From the NCBI RefSeq assembly GCF_009914755.1, contig NC_060932.1: a stretch of 64,000 bases of DNA. One strand, given 5' to 3'. Below, one piece after another: positions 13,248-26,488 of this stretch. This DNA comes from the human T2T-CHM13v2.0 reference genome, Homo sapiens. The position numbers and the translations under genes were made by a program. The notes beneath the pieces were generated by a model that was not told the DNA's origin, searched no databases, and saw only the letters and a list, made by a program, of their open reading frames with translations. How positions within the stretch are numbered: position 1 is the stretch's first letter; the number at the start of each line of letters is the position of its first letter.

Positions 13248-14152
13248 TCTTTTATTTTAGGTTCAGGGGTACATTTGCAGGTTTGTTATGTGGATAAACT
13301 GCATGTCACAGGGGTTTGGTGTACAGATTATTTTATCACCCAGGTAATAAGCATAGTATGCAATACATAGTTTTTCATCCTCTCTCTCCTCCCATCCTCC
13401 ACCCTCAATTAGATGCTGTTGTCTGTTGTTCCCTTCTTTGTGTCCATGGGTTCTCAATGTTTAGCTCCCACCTGTAAGTGAGAACATGCAGCATTTGGTT
13501 TTCTGTTCTTGCATTTGTTTACATAGGAAAATGGCTTCCAGCTCCATCCATTTTACTGCAAAGGACATGATCTCATTCTTTTTTTATGGCTGCATAGCAT
13601 TCCATGGTATGTATGTACCACATTTTCTTTATCCAGTCTACCATTGATGGGCATTTAGGTTGATTCCATGTCTTTGCTATTGGAATAGTGCTGCTATTTA
13701 CATACATGTGCATGTGTTTTTTATATTCCTTTGGGTATATACTCAATAATGGGATTGCTGGGTCAAATGGTAATTCTGTTTTAAGTTCTTTGAGAAATCA
13801 CCACACTGCTTTCCACAATGGTGGAACTAATTTACATTCCTGCCAGCAGTGTATAAACATTCCCTTTTCTCTGCAGCCTTGCAGCACCTGTTATTTAACT
13901 TTTTAATAATAGCCATTCTGACTGGTGTGAGATGGTATCTTATTACAGTTTTTTGATTTGCATTTCTCTGATGATTAGTGATATTGAGCATTTTTTCATA
14001 TGCTTGCTAGCTGCATGTATGTTTTCTTTTGAAAAGTGTCTGTTCATGTCCTTTGCCTAGTTTTTAATGGAATTTTTTGTTTTTTGTTTGTTAATTTGTT
14101 TAAGTTTCTTATAGATTCTGGATTTCAGACCTTTGTCAGATGAAATTGCAAA
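13248..14152 (-). mobile_element. Older L1PA (PA13-16-like) 3' fragment inside an L1ME-type relic
   Basis: 'ttttaggttcaggggtacatttgcaggtttgtta' antisense L1PA end; ORFs 13263 and 13688 are L1-derived. Confidence 0.92.
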
Positions 14153-14289
14153 ATTTACACCTGTTTATTTTTGTTTCTGCAGTGTAAGAGAGGGTGCATT
14201 TTCCCCCACCCTGCCCAGATTGGATATGTTTCGTTTTTGGCAACTCCAAAACTCCTTTATACCACTTCTTAGTTATTATCCTAGTGCTT

Positions 14290-14480
14290 TATGGTGGACA
14301 AAAGGCCTTCACAAACATCATCGTCTTTGAGCTACACAACAGTACCAAGCGTAGAAATGTCAGACAGTTTTCTTCCCACCTTACAAAAGAGCAAATCAAA
14401 ACTCAGAGAAATCAAATAGCTAACAGAGCTTGCGTGGTTAGTAAGAGAGGCCAGATAAGAACTCAGGTCTTCTGTGTCTT
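14290..14480 (-). mobile_element. MIR
   Basis: 'cccaccttacaaaagagcaaatcaaaactcagaga...agaactcaggtct'. Confidence 0.65.
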
Positions 14481-14939
14481 TGCCAGCATTCTTGGGCTCT
14501 CCTTCGAACATTTCCCTTGGAGAGAGAACTGTGTGGGAGCCAGGGCGTCCCTGTTATGAGAGACGATGTGGAGCTGGGGATCTCAGCCTGGCTTAGTAGG
14601 TAGCTGCTGGCCTTTCTGATGGGAACACAGCTTATGTTCTAGGGAACTTCCTTATCTGGAATGCCCATGAGCCCACTAATTTTTCTCTGGCTTGTAAAAT
14701 CAACAGATTTTGATTTGCTCCTCTTAATGAAGAGTAATATTAAGGACACTTAGAGGAAAATGAGAAAGAGCAGTCAGTTTCTTTGTTAATCACAGTGGAT
14801 GCTACCGCAAGGTTGCGGGGGAAGTTAGAGAGGGCACAACTGAGAGCAAGAGAGGCTTGGTGTTGTGTGCATCTCAGCCACTGCCTACTTATCCCCTAAG
14901 CTGCCAGCCAGCCTCAGCAGAGCGATGGTGAGGGCCCTG

Positions 14940-15095
14940 CCCCTCTGGCATGCCAGCAAACCTTGCTAATGTAATGGAAATTATAATTATTCCCAGTTCT
15001 GAATATTTTACTTCTTCTGGACTGCAGGGGTATTAAAATTGATTAAACACATATGCTTCTGATAGATAGCTTCTACAGTCACATATGGAGTGATC
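14940..15095. promoter_or_regulatory. Candidate enhancer (homeodomain and E-box cluster)
   Basis: Non-repetitive; several TAAT/ATTA, TTGATTAAACA (15039), CATATG at 15050 and 15082. Confidence 0.3.
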
Positions 15096-16101
15096 TGTCT
15101 TTTTTGTCCTCAGGAAGAGAGGGAGACAAGACCACAAAGGAGGCAAGGGCTGAGGTGGGGTTAAAAAATAGGAAATGAGTGAGTCCAAATTCCTTGTTAC
15201 AGTCAAGACAAGGGCGAAAACCTAAAGACTTTAAAAAAAATCCCCTACATTTCTATACAGAAAAAAAAGCTAAAGATGCTTATTAGTGTTAAAATTCAAT
15301 TTTAATAATTGCAATCTCCTCCTTTCAAAAATATATATTTGACAAAGATGAATATGTTATGCTCATTAGTCTAAGATTTGCCATTTTGGTACAAATAGAT
15401 GTATATATGTCATGAATTATGGGTTGGAAAAACTAGTACATTTTACAGTGTGAGAGAAATGACTCACATGTCCTCAGGATTCAATTATTTTTTAAGAATT
15501 TATTTCTTAAAATGGCTGTACCATTCTGCAACATTTCTCAAAGCCAATAAGTGATGTTTGTCTCATTTGGAATTATATGTTTAATTATTCACAGCTTGAC
15601 TTTCTACACCATTGGCAAGAAGAAATGTTAAGAGGCTATTATAAACTTTGCTTTGGAATAGTTGATGCTGGATCTTGAAAAAAGAGCTTTTTAATAATCC
15701 ACTTCTTATTCCTCAGTCTCAACAAATCTCTTCCAGCATTGAAGCAGAGAGCAGCACTAGTCTATAGCTTCCCTGACATACATGGGAATGGAGGCTCCAA
15801 GTGCAGGCTGATGGGATATGCATTTGGGTAATAGTTGGCCTGGTTATTCTCTGGGACTATAGAGTTATTTTCTTAGGTACATGGTGCTATGTGCAGAATA
15901 AGGAAAGTCCCTTTCCACTCTATGTATTAGAATATATGTATTTCATCTGTGAGAAGGGAATTCACATAACTGGGTACACAAAATTTTTTTTAATCTTTAA
16001 GATCTTTTAAATATTACATTTTTAAATATTTTAACTTTAAAAAATGCCAATTTTTGCCAATATCAACATTCCTATTTTTTAGCTCTTGAAAAACTATTTT
16101 T

Positions 16102-16385
16102 GGCAGGGCACGGTGGCTCATGCTTGTAATCCCAGCACTTTGGGAGGTCGAGGTGGGCAGGTCACTAGGTCAGGAGTTCCAGACCAGCCTGACCAACAAG
16201 GTGAAACCCCGTCTCTACTAAAAATACAAAAATTAACTGGGCGTGGTGGTGCATGCCTGTAATCCCAGCTACTCAGGAGGCTGAGGCAGGAGAATTGCTT
16301 GAACTGGGAGGCGGAGGTTGCAGTGAGCCGAGATCCTGCCACTGCGTTCCAGCCTGGGTGACAGGGTGAGACTCCATCTCAAAAA

Positions 16386-16417
<32 letters not shown>

Positions 16418-16420
16418 AAA
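16102..16420 (+). mobile_element. AluS (Sg/Sc-like)
   Basis: TSD gaaaaactattttt at 16088 and 16421. Confidence 0.95.
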
Positions 16421-16511
16421 GAAAAACTATTTTTGTTGTTTTGTTCTAATTCAGAAAAGGAAAGAAGTTAAGATCACCCCAATTCTATCATTCAGAAATA
16501 ACCAATGTTAA

Positions 16512-17232
16512 CGAAATGGGAAAAGTTCCCTTGTCCTCTTCGCAGGGCATGTGATGGGAGTGTGGCTTGTTTCTTCAGTGCCCTGCTGCTCAAACCTCTA
16601 GGGGAGCATAGAGACAGGCAGGCTGTGGGCCTCTGACCCCACGGCAGTGTCTAGGGGTGAATGCCTATAGCTGAAGCCTCAGTGGGCATGTTTAATGGGG
16701 TGCTCTTTTAGTTTAGTCATCCATAGGCAGCTTCTGTTAGTCACCTCAATCAGACCCCTGCCTTATCGCAAGGACAGAGGACTTTCTGTATCCCGGGGTT
16801 CTTGCCTTGGTGTACTGGAAGAATCAGATCACACGTGGGCTTGGAGAATGAGTGCAAGATTTTATTGAGTGGAAGTAGCTCTCAGCAGATGGGGGAGCCA
16901 GAAGGGGGATGGTTTTCCCTTGGAGTCAGGCTGCTCAGCCCGTGTGTTCCTCCGGTGATGTGCTCCTCTAGATGTCCAGCCACTTTGGTGTCTGCCTGCT
17001 AGGGTCTCAGGTTTTTATAGGCATAGGATGGGGGTGTGGCAGGCCAGGGTGGTCTTGGGAAATGCAACATTTGGGCAGAAAAAACAAAAATGCCTGTCCT
17101 CACTGAGGTCTGTGGGCACAGGCCCCGGAGGTGGAGCCCTTCCATATCATTAAAGGGACTATGCCTTTTCCTTCCCAGCACTCCCCTTTCCCCCTTCTGC
17201 ATCACTTAAAGGGATCATGCCCTTCTGTATCA
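16512..17232 (-). mobile_element. LTR1-like (ERV1, HUERS-P group) solo LTR inserted in an L1ME relic
   Basis: Minus strand starts 'tgatacagaaggg' and has a TATAAAA box; 4-bp TSD ttaa at 16508 and 17233. Confidence 0.8.
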
Positions 17233-17379
17233 TTAATATTTGAATGGATTTACTTCTTCTCAGACATAACTTTTGGACAGAGTTGCAATCATAGGAATTT
17301 ATCCTAATTTTTTAAGATAGGCATTTGCCATATCATAAAATGATTTTCAAATTTAATTGTAATAGTTTCACACACAAAT

Positions 17380-17940
17380 TCGTTTTAAAAATAATATTCA
17401 TTTTATTGATTACAAAAGTAGCAAATATTTTTATGAGAAAATTTGAAAGATGTAAACAAACATCAGAACATAAGAGCCCATCAAGTGATAAACAATTGCT
17501 AATATTTTTGGTATATTTCTCTCCCTCTCTTTCTCTGCTTTCAATCTCACCTTCAATCTTCATCTCTCTCTCCCTCTATACACACATACATTTTACATAC
17601 ACAAAGAAATACACACAATAACGACCTGTATGTATGGATGTGCTAAAATTTGACGTTTGGATTGAATACTTTTTAACTTTTTAGAAACTTACCTTGACAT
17701 TTCTATGTTGGCTTTAAAAATCTTTGAAAACCTTAATTTCATGGCTGCATAATATTTCATTGAATGGATGTACTATAATTTACTTACTTAATGGCATTGC
17801 TATTTAGGCTGGTTGCAACTTTTCATTATTGCATATATTGAAGCAAACTGCATTCATATGTAAAAATCTGTGAGCCCGTTATTCCTACCTTACCAAGGGC
17901 AGTTTCTTAGCAGGGGTATAGTAGGGCAAAGGAAACCTTC
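17380..17940 (-). mobile_element. L1ME-type fragments
   Basis: 'catggctgcataatatttcattgaatggatgtactataatttact' antisense old L1 3' UTR. Confidence 0.65.
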
Positions 17941-18094
17941 CTGAGGCCCCTGGCATGCACGGCACCTGACTTTGCAGGAAGCTTTTCTTGCCTTACATAT
18001 CTTGCTAGAGGACATGAGAGGGCTTGTTGCACTGCTCTTAGCCCCATGATCTCTCCTCTGCACCTCAAGACTCCTCCTCCAGGGAGCAGTGCAA

Positions 18095-18200
18095 AGATCA
18101 GCCGTTATTCCCATTTTTAATAGATGAAGAAACAGCGGTTCACGGGACCTCTTCAGACCCACGTGGACAAACAAGGCATTAAGAAGGATAGTTAACAGAA
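18095..18200 (-). mobile_element. MIR fragment
   Basis: 'ttattcccattttta...agatgaagaaacag'. Confidence 0.55.
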
Positions 18201-18204
18201 GGGA

Positions 18205-18350
18205 CAACTTTAAATATTCTCACCACAAAGAACTGATTAAGGTTTGAGGTGATGTAATTACCCTGATTTGATCATTATACAATGTCTAGATGTATAGGAT
18301 CACATTCTAGGCCATGAATAAGAACAATGACTACGTGTCAATTAAAAGGG
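18205..18350 (+). mobile_element. L1MA-type 3' end
   Basis: 'ttctcaccacaaagaa...ccctgatttgatcattataca...tgtcaattaaaa'. Confidence 0.75.
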
Positions 18351-18495
18351 AAAGAAAACTTAAAAGAGGAGTAGCTAAGTGTCCTGAATCTTAGCTCAGT
18401 GCTAGATCTTTAAAACAAAGTCACCCAAAATAAACACAGTTTTTGATGCCAAGAGGCAGTGAAACTGATAAAAAGCAACAAAAGATATACAAATT

Positions 18496-18790
<295 letters not shown>

Positions 18791-19942
18791 CGAAGATATA
18801 CAAATCAACAGGTCTTCTGGCACTTTTGCCAGCCAGTTGGAGACTCGAAAGGGAGGGACAAAAATAGCTGTTGCTGTAGAATGCAATTGCCTTGGTCTGT
18901 TTAGGGAGAAAAGTGTGAGAGCTCTAATTTGTGGAAGTCACAAACTGAAGTGCTTTGAAATGTACTTAAAAATAAAAGAAAGTGCTGAGATAGCTTTGTT
19001 CCCCAATAAACACAATACACATTTTGGATAGTTATAGTTTTTAATCACATGTTTAGGGAATCCATGTGGTTATTCTCTTGGTGGTGGTTGTGTTTTTTTC
19101 TTCCTTTTTTTTTTTGAAAGAGCTAGACAAAAGTTCCTTAGATGAATGCTCCTGACCTAGATGAAACTAACAAAAGCAAAACTCAAGCTGTTAACTCTTT
19201 GATGGCTCATTGTATTTGGAAGGAAGTCTTATAATCTCTATAACTGGACGCTGATCACTAAGTTTAGCACAGACACTGGTGTATTCTCTTCTGCAGCTGT
19301 GTTCTGATCCTGCTGTTCACATCTGGATCAATTTCCTGAGTCCTGGCAGTCTGAGCTGGTGTTTGACTGAGGGATATTTACTCCCACACAGCTGTTAAGC
19401 AGTAGGAGCAGAAAATCAGCTCGGATACAATTAATACCATGTTGTAATAAGGAGACATCACCAAGGGAAACAGTTGCTGAACTGGTTATGATGATGCCAA
19501 GGAGGGTAACTATAATGATAATGGTGATTAATATAGCCATTACTGGGGACAGATTCATATAGCAGCACATTTTTATCCTGTCTTTGTTTATGCTATTGCA
19601 ATCGTTCATGCTCCAGTTACCCACATAGATCAGGTTTACACAATTGCAGATAAACTTTATTTTGCTCTGAATCCTCTATATAATGAATAATAACACCTTT
19701 GATACAGTTCAGGTAAAGTTGGGGTGACACCCAAATGCCAGTCTGTTTTTTTTTCCTATTAGAGATGACCTCTTCTGAAATTGCCGGAGTTCTCATAAAC
19801 CAAATCACTTAGCAGGAATGCTCAGACTGTTGAAATTGAGCTGGAGAGGGACTGACAAGGCTCTGAATGCCCAGTGGTCCTCCTCGTCTTGGGATAGCAC
19901 TATTATAACTCATTAACTGACCACTGTATTTCCATTGCCTAT

Positions 19943-20128
19943 GTGAGTTTCTCCATGAGGCTCCTGTTGCATTGCAGAGGACAGTTCTCCTGGGCGTGGG
20001 CCTGTTTGGAGTTGTAGACCCTTTAGCCACCTTGGGTTCTACACACCTTTGTCCCCCAGGCAACGTGACCACCCAAAATGTATCTGCACTTTTCCAGATT
20101 GCTTTCACCTCGTAGAAATCCATTGCCT
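19943..20128. mobile_element. MER20-like hAT fossil
   Basis: 'gtgaccacccaaaatgtatctgcac' resembles MER20; highly diverged. Confidence 0.45.
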
Positions 20129-20329
20129 TAGGCAATGGGTGCACCCAATTTTGTTAAGCTTAATTGACTTTCAAGGATGGAAAGAGTAGTTGAGACCTGT
20201 GAATTCAACTCTCCTTATATCACAGATGAAATGCAGGGGTTTATGACTCTCCCTTAAAACTGATGCCTAAAATTCCACCACTGGAGACAAAGTTATGTAG
20301 GGGAACATAAAAACACCCACTCTGGCATC

Positions 20330-20510
20330 TTATTACCTGGGATCAAATCCTGATTTTGCCACTGGTTAGCTGGATGACTGTGGACAAATGACTGAACCTT
20401 ACGTGCTGTCATCGTTACAATGGGGACAAAATAGTACCTACCTTCTGGGATTGTTTTGATGATTAGTAAAGTGATACATGAAAGGGACTGACACAAGATG
20501 ACCTCTCCAT
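20330..20510 (+). mobile_element. MIR
   Basis: 'cctgggatcaaatcctgattttgccactggttagctggatgac...atagtacctacct'. Confidence 0.75.
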
Positions 20511-20530
20511 ACACCTTAGCTTTGTGTCTT

Positions 20531-20556
20531 TGTGTGTGTGTGTGTGTTTGTGTGTG
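20531..20556. repeat. (TG)n microsatellite
   Basis: Directly visible. Confidence 0.9.
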
Positions 20557-20878
20557 CACATACATGCAGTCAACATTTACTAAGAGCTGGACTTGAGTTA
20601 TGTAGTGAAGATGACAGCCAGGGCTTGCCAGCTTTTGTGAGTTAGAGCTGTGACCCAGGGGAGTTCCTGGCTGGGAGAGAACAGCAGGGAGACAGAACTA
20701 TGAGTTCTAAGGATGCCTCCAATGTTAGCTAGAGTATCATGCTCACTGTTGCTGACTTGGAGGAGTCTCTTTTAGATTGCATATGCCCCGAAAGGAGACT
20801 CACATCTTGCTAATGTCTTCCCTGAGTAGCATAGCTAGTTAGATCTAGTAGTTTTGTGTCTCGGAAATCTCCTAGGCT

Positions 20879-21035
20879 AGTGGTTCTCAAACTGGCCTGT
20901 AAAGAGACTCTTACAAACACAGATCTCTCGTACCCATCCTCTTAGATGCCAGCGGTCTAGGTGAGTCCAGCATTCTGTGTTTGAAAGCAACTTCCCCAGG
21001 TGATTCTGCAGTAGGTGGTTAGAAGTCCAGTCTGA
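20879..21035. mobile_element. MER5A/B-like
   Basis: 'agtggttctcaaact' TIR and 'ccccaggtgattct'. Confidence 0.7.
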
Positions 21036-21249
21036 TAAATGTTGACCAAGAAAAAGTTTTCACTTTTAAAGATGAGAGGGCATGAGGCCCACTGCCACTG
21101 AGCATCTTGGTGGCAGTGTGGGAGTGGAAGCTGGCTAGCCTGATACGTGTTTACAGAGCTCCCTCCAACAGCATGAATTAGGGTAAAGGAGGCCTCAGGA
21201 AAGCAAATGTCCCTGAACTCAGCATCATGCATCATGACTTCTTCTTCCT

Positions 21250-21563
21250 TGTTTATTTATTTATTTATTTTTTTGAAACAGGGTCTTGTTCTGTTGCCTA
21301 GGTTGGAGCGCAGTGGTGCTATCATAGCCTGCTATAACCTGGAACTCCTGGGCTCAAGCAATCCTCCCACTGCAGCCTCCTGAGTAGCTAAGACTACAGG
21401 CCTGTGCCACCTGTGCGCTGGCTAATTTTTAAATTTTTATTTTGTAGAGATGGAGGTCTTGCTATATTGCCCAGGCTGTTCTCCAACTCCTGGCCTTAAG
21501 CAGTCCTCCTGCCTTGGCCTCTCAAAGTGCTGGGATTACAGCTGCGAGCCACAGCTCCCAGCC
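21250..21563 (-). mobile_element. AluJ
   Basis: (TTTA)n tail; 'tgacttctt' on both sides. Confidence 0.92.
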
Positions 21564-22119
21564 TTGACTTCTTTATTTCTCTAGTTCTCTGCCCTCATGA
21601 TCTTTTAGCATCTTTGTTTAAGCTTCAAACTATCTAATTTGACCATCAGAGGTAAATCCTGGAGGATCATTTTGTGAGCTGATTTTTAAAAGGATCTTGA
21701 GACATTTGCTTTAATGGGTGGTGGCATTTCTGCCCACCTGGAGAGAATCAGAGAAGGCTGGAAGGAGAGAGGATGAGAAGACCTTGGGTACTGTGCTGTC
21801 CTGCTGCGGGAACTGTGGAGCCTCTCCCTTTGCCACCTGCTGGTCTCCTGTTCTGGGTACGGGGGTGTCTTCAGGGCAACCAGAGGAAGGCTCTGGCTCT
21901 CAGGATCATGTATGTCATCACGGCACCACATGTGCTTTTATATTATTTTTAAATGAACTTAACAGCAAGAAGATAGACCTCACTCCCTAACCACCTGCCA
22001 GCAAACCCACTCTGACACTGCTTGCACCTGTCAGTCAATATTTGCAGGCTGGGCAACTTCTTGTCTCTTGGCATTCTCTGCAGAAACAGCCTGATTCCAG
22101 CCTCCCTCTTCAATAAAAT

Positions 22120-22545
22120 AAGTTAATGCTAGTAACATTATCTCCCATTTCTTACACTATGTCAGACATGATGCCCAAAGCCCTTATATGTCATTTCCCA
22201 TTTAATCCAATTGAAAACTCTATAAGCATTGCTGTTACCATTTTAGGAATGTAATACTGAGGCTTAGTGATGATAAAAAACATTTGTCCAAGGTTGCACT
22301 GCTAATAAGCAGTGCAGGCAGAGCCTAAGTTAAGAAGGCTCCTTGACCCCTCCAGGCCCATATTCTTTTTTTTTTTTTTTAACTTTAATTTTAAGTTCAG
22401 GGGTACATGTGCAGGTTTGTGACATAGGTAAACATATGTTATAGGAGTTCGTTGTACAGATTATTTCATCACCCAAGTATTAAGCCTAGTACCTATTAGT
22501 AATTTTTTCCAGGCCCATATTCGCAACCATTATATTCTAGTGCCT
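22120..22545 (-). mobile_element. MIR split by a short L1PA
   Basis: 'actgaggcttag...ttgtccaaggttgcac' antisense MIR core. Confidence 0.65.
22366..22507 (-). mobile_element. Severely 5'-truncated L1PA (about 140 bp)
   Basis: Poly-T plus 'aagttcaggggtacatgtgcagg'; perfect 15-bp TSD tccaggcccatattc at 22351 and 22508. Confidence 0.93.
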
Positions 22546-23367
22546 CTTGTAAAAACTTAGTCTGCCCTTTGAAAGCTGAACTGTCCACCCCTAGGGCCAA
22601 GGACACGCATGTCACATATGGGGTGGGAGACAGAAAAGATGGCTTTTAGTGTTGTGGTTCATGGCTATTCCTCCTATTAGTGACATTTCTTACCCACTCA
22701 GAAACTGCAGCTGGTTTCAGGGGCCCTTTTGTTAGAAGTAGAGACAGTCAGGGAGAGAAAGAAACAGAGCTGGCCTTGTAGAGTAGTGGAGGATCTGGGA
22801 AGGTCGAGAGAAAGACATTTGTCTGGACCTAATTGACAAGAGGATGGAAATTCCCATTTCCCAATGTATTTCACTTTAACCCTTAGATAAAAGGGCTCAG
22901 GGAGCACTGGAATGTGGGGAAAGATGGAAGCTGGGGGGAGTAAGATTTGAGCTTTGGAAAGATAGACATTTATTGGTGCTTAAACATGTCTTTTGGTGAA
23001 AACCAGCTCCCAAATACAGAGCAGGCCGCAGACACAAACCCTTCCCTCCAGTGCAGTGATTCATGCCTCCTGAGGTTCCATCCCACTGTTGTCTCACTCA
23101 TCGGAGGTCCCTGTTTCTTGAAAGGTTGGATCTGGCTCTACCCTGTGATAAATGTCCATCATGCTGAACCATCTGTCTAGCTTTGGCATCAATTCACCTG
23201 GTGGGTGACTGCTTTCCAATCCTACATATTTCCTCTCACCAGTGCCAGTTCACCAGCCACCATGCATTCCATGGTCCACTCGGTGAAGGGAGGAGAGGAA
23301 GGCGGATTCTAAAGTGGCTGAATAGCAAGACTCCCAGAGGGATCTGCTGCTCCTTCCTCCTCCATAG

Positions 23368-23683
<316 letters not shown>

Positions 23684-23763
23684 TAGTCCGAACTATTATA
23701 CATTTACTTTTTTATTGTCTGTGTCCTCACTAGATTGTAAGCATAATAAGAACAGGGATTGTC

Positions 23764-24676
23764 AGCAAACAAAAACATAAAGTGGGGAAAGGACACTTTA
23801 TTTAACAAACGGCGCTGGGGTAATTGGCAAGCCACATGTAGAAGAATGAAACTGGATCATTATCTCTCATCTTATACAAAAATCAACTCAAGATGGATCA
23901 AGGACTTAAATCTAAGACCTGAAACCATAATAATTCTAGAAGATAACATCAGAAAACCTCTTCTGGACATTGGCTTAGGCAAAGACTTCATGATGAAGAA
24001 CCCAAAAGCAAAAAAAACCCCAAAAAACAAAGATAAATAGATGGTACTTAATTAAGCTAAAAAGCTTCTGCACAGCAAAACAAATAATCAGCAGAGTGAA
24101 CAGACAACCCACAGAGTGGGAGAAGATCTTCATCATCTGTACATCCAACAAAGGACTCATATCTAGAATATACAAGGAACTCAAACAAAATCAGCAAGAA
24201 AAAAACAAACAATCCCATCAAAAAGTGGAGTAAGGACATGAATAGACCATTCTCATATGAAGATATACAAATGGCCAACAAACATATGAAAAAATGCTCA
24301 AGATCACTAATGATCAGGGAAATGCACATCAAAACCACAATGTGATACCACCTTACTCTTGCAAGAATGGCCATAATCAATAATAGATGGTGGCACGGAT
24401 ATGGTGAAAAGAGAACACTTTTACACTGCTAGTGGGATTGTAAACTAGTACAACCACTATGGAAAACAGTGTGGAGATTCCTTATAGAACTAAAAGTAGA
24501 ACTACCATTTGATCCAGCAATCTCACTACTGGATATGTACCCAGAGGAAAAGAAGTCATTATACAAAAAAGATACTTGCACATGCATGTTTATTGCAGCA
24601 CAATTCACAATAGCAAATCTATGGAACCAGCCCCAGCCCAAACGCCCATCAATTAACGAGTGGATAAAAAATTGTG

Positions 24677-24718
<42 letters not shown>

Positions 24719-25145
24719 ATATACACACACACATATATACATATATATACACACACACACATCATGGAATACTACTCAGCCATAAAAAGGAACAAAATAA
24801 TGGCATTCACAGCAACCTGGGTGGAATTGGAGACCATTGTTTTAAGTGAAGTAACTCAGGAATGGAAAACCAAACATCGTATGTTCTCACTCATAAGTAG
24901 GAACTAAACTATGAGGATGCAAAGGCATAAGAATGATACAATAGACTTTGAAGACTTGGGGGAAAGAGCGGGAGGGGAGTGGGGGATAAAAGACTATACA
25001 TAGGGTACAGTGTACACTGCTTGGGTGATGGGTGTACCAAAATCTCAGAAATCACCACTAAAGAACTTATTCATGTTACCAAACAGCACCTGTTTCCCAG
25101 AAACCTATTGAAATAAAATAAAATAAAAAAAACTGGGAAAAAAAC
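23764..25145 (+). mobile_element. L1PB-like, 5'-truncated (ORF2 C-terminus and 3' UTR)
   Basis: ORF 23759 matches L1 ORF2 ('[28 protein letters not shown]'); perfect 16-bp TSD aagaacagggattgtc at 23748 and 25146. Confidence 0.95.
24677..24761. repeat. Compound (TA)/(TG)/(CA) microsatellite within L1PB
   Basis: Directly visible. Confidence 0.95.
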
Positions 25146-25239
25146 AAGAACAGGGATTGTCTGTTGCTTTTATATCACCAGTATCTAGAATAGTGCATGG
25201 GACATAGTAGGTGCTCAATAATATGTGTTGAATAAATGA

Positions 25240-25587
<348 letters not shown>

Positions 25588-25704
25588 ACCCAATATGATC
25601 TTGAGGAGACTAGTTGTGACTAGATGATTTAGCGATTGCTAAACATCCCCACTGTTCTCCCTATATTAGCACTTATACATCTCACAATCCCTTTCTGATG
25701 GAAA

Positions 25705-26099
25705 CTTGCAAAAATAAATGGCTGCAATTTCTTTCCCTCCCTGTATTTATATTCATGCCTTTACAATGAGACATTGTAGCTTCTTCTTCCTTCTCCTTCT
25801 TCTTCTTTATAAAGACAGAGTCTTGCTCTGTCACCCAGGCTGGAGTGCATTGGCACAGCCATAGCTCCCTGCAGCATTTACCACCTGGGCTCAAGTGATC
25901 CTCCCACCTCAGCCTTTCAAGTAGCTGGGACTAAAGGTGTGTGCCACTGCGCCTGACTAATTTTTAAACTGTTGTTGAGATGGGGTCTTTCTATATTGCC
26001 TAGGTTGGTCTTAAACTCCTAGTCTCAAGGGATCCTCTTGTCTTGGCCTCCCAAAATGCTGGGATTACAAGCATGAGCCACTGCATCTGGCCAAGTTCT

Positions 26100-26133
<34 letters not shown>

Positions 26134-26488
26134 GTCTTTCTCAACTTTTGAGCTAGACTTGTGATTTGTTTTGCCTAATGGACACTAACAGACTCACAGA
26201 CTTGAAAAGTGCTTGCATGCACAGTGAAATCCTAGGTCCTCATGCGACCAAGACATGCAAGCCTATAGCATAATAAGAGGCAAGTGGCTCAGTTCCTCTA
26301 GTGGCCCAGCTGGCAATGAACTAATACCCAGAAGCTGAGCCACTATCTTCAGACACATATGTGAGGCCAGCTGAGATCAGTTGAGCCCATTCCAGAATTG
26401 CCCAAAGCAGAATCATGACCTAAATGGCTGTTGTTTTAAGCCACTAAGTTTAGAGTGGTTTCTTTCATGGCAAAAGCTAACTCATATA
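25705..26488 (+). mobile_element. MLT1 (MaLR) LTR split by an AluJ
   Basis: 3' end 'gttgttttaagccactaagtttagagtggttt...gctaactcatata'. Confidence 0.75.
25790..26092 (-). mobile_element. AluJ
   Basis: Antisense Alu with CTT-rich tail. Confidence 0.9.

Noticed and set aside
14642-14665. NF-kB site GGGAACTTCC with adjacent GATA- and TEAD-like words
   Set aside because: Isolated short motifs with no other support; expected by chance in 64 kb.
19328-19624. 98-aa minus-strand ORF with a TM-like stretch (VMAILITIIIIVTLLGIII)
   Set aside because: The Ile-rich run comes from ATN-type low complexity. I recognise no family, promoter or splice support; Ribo-seq or PhyloCSF evidence would be needed to revive it.
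23759-24907. ORFs resembling a real protein
   Set aside because: They are frameshifted pieces of L1 ORF2 (and its antisense) from a 5'-truncated, inactive L1PB.
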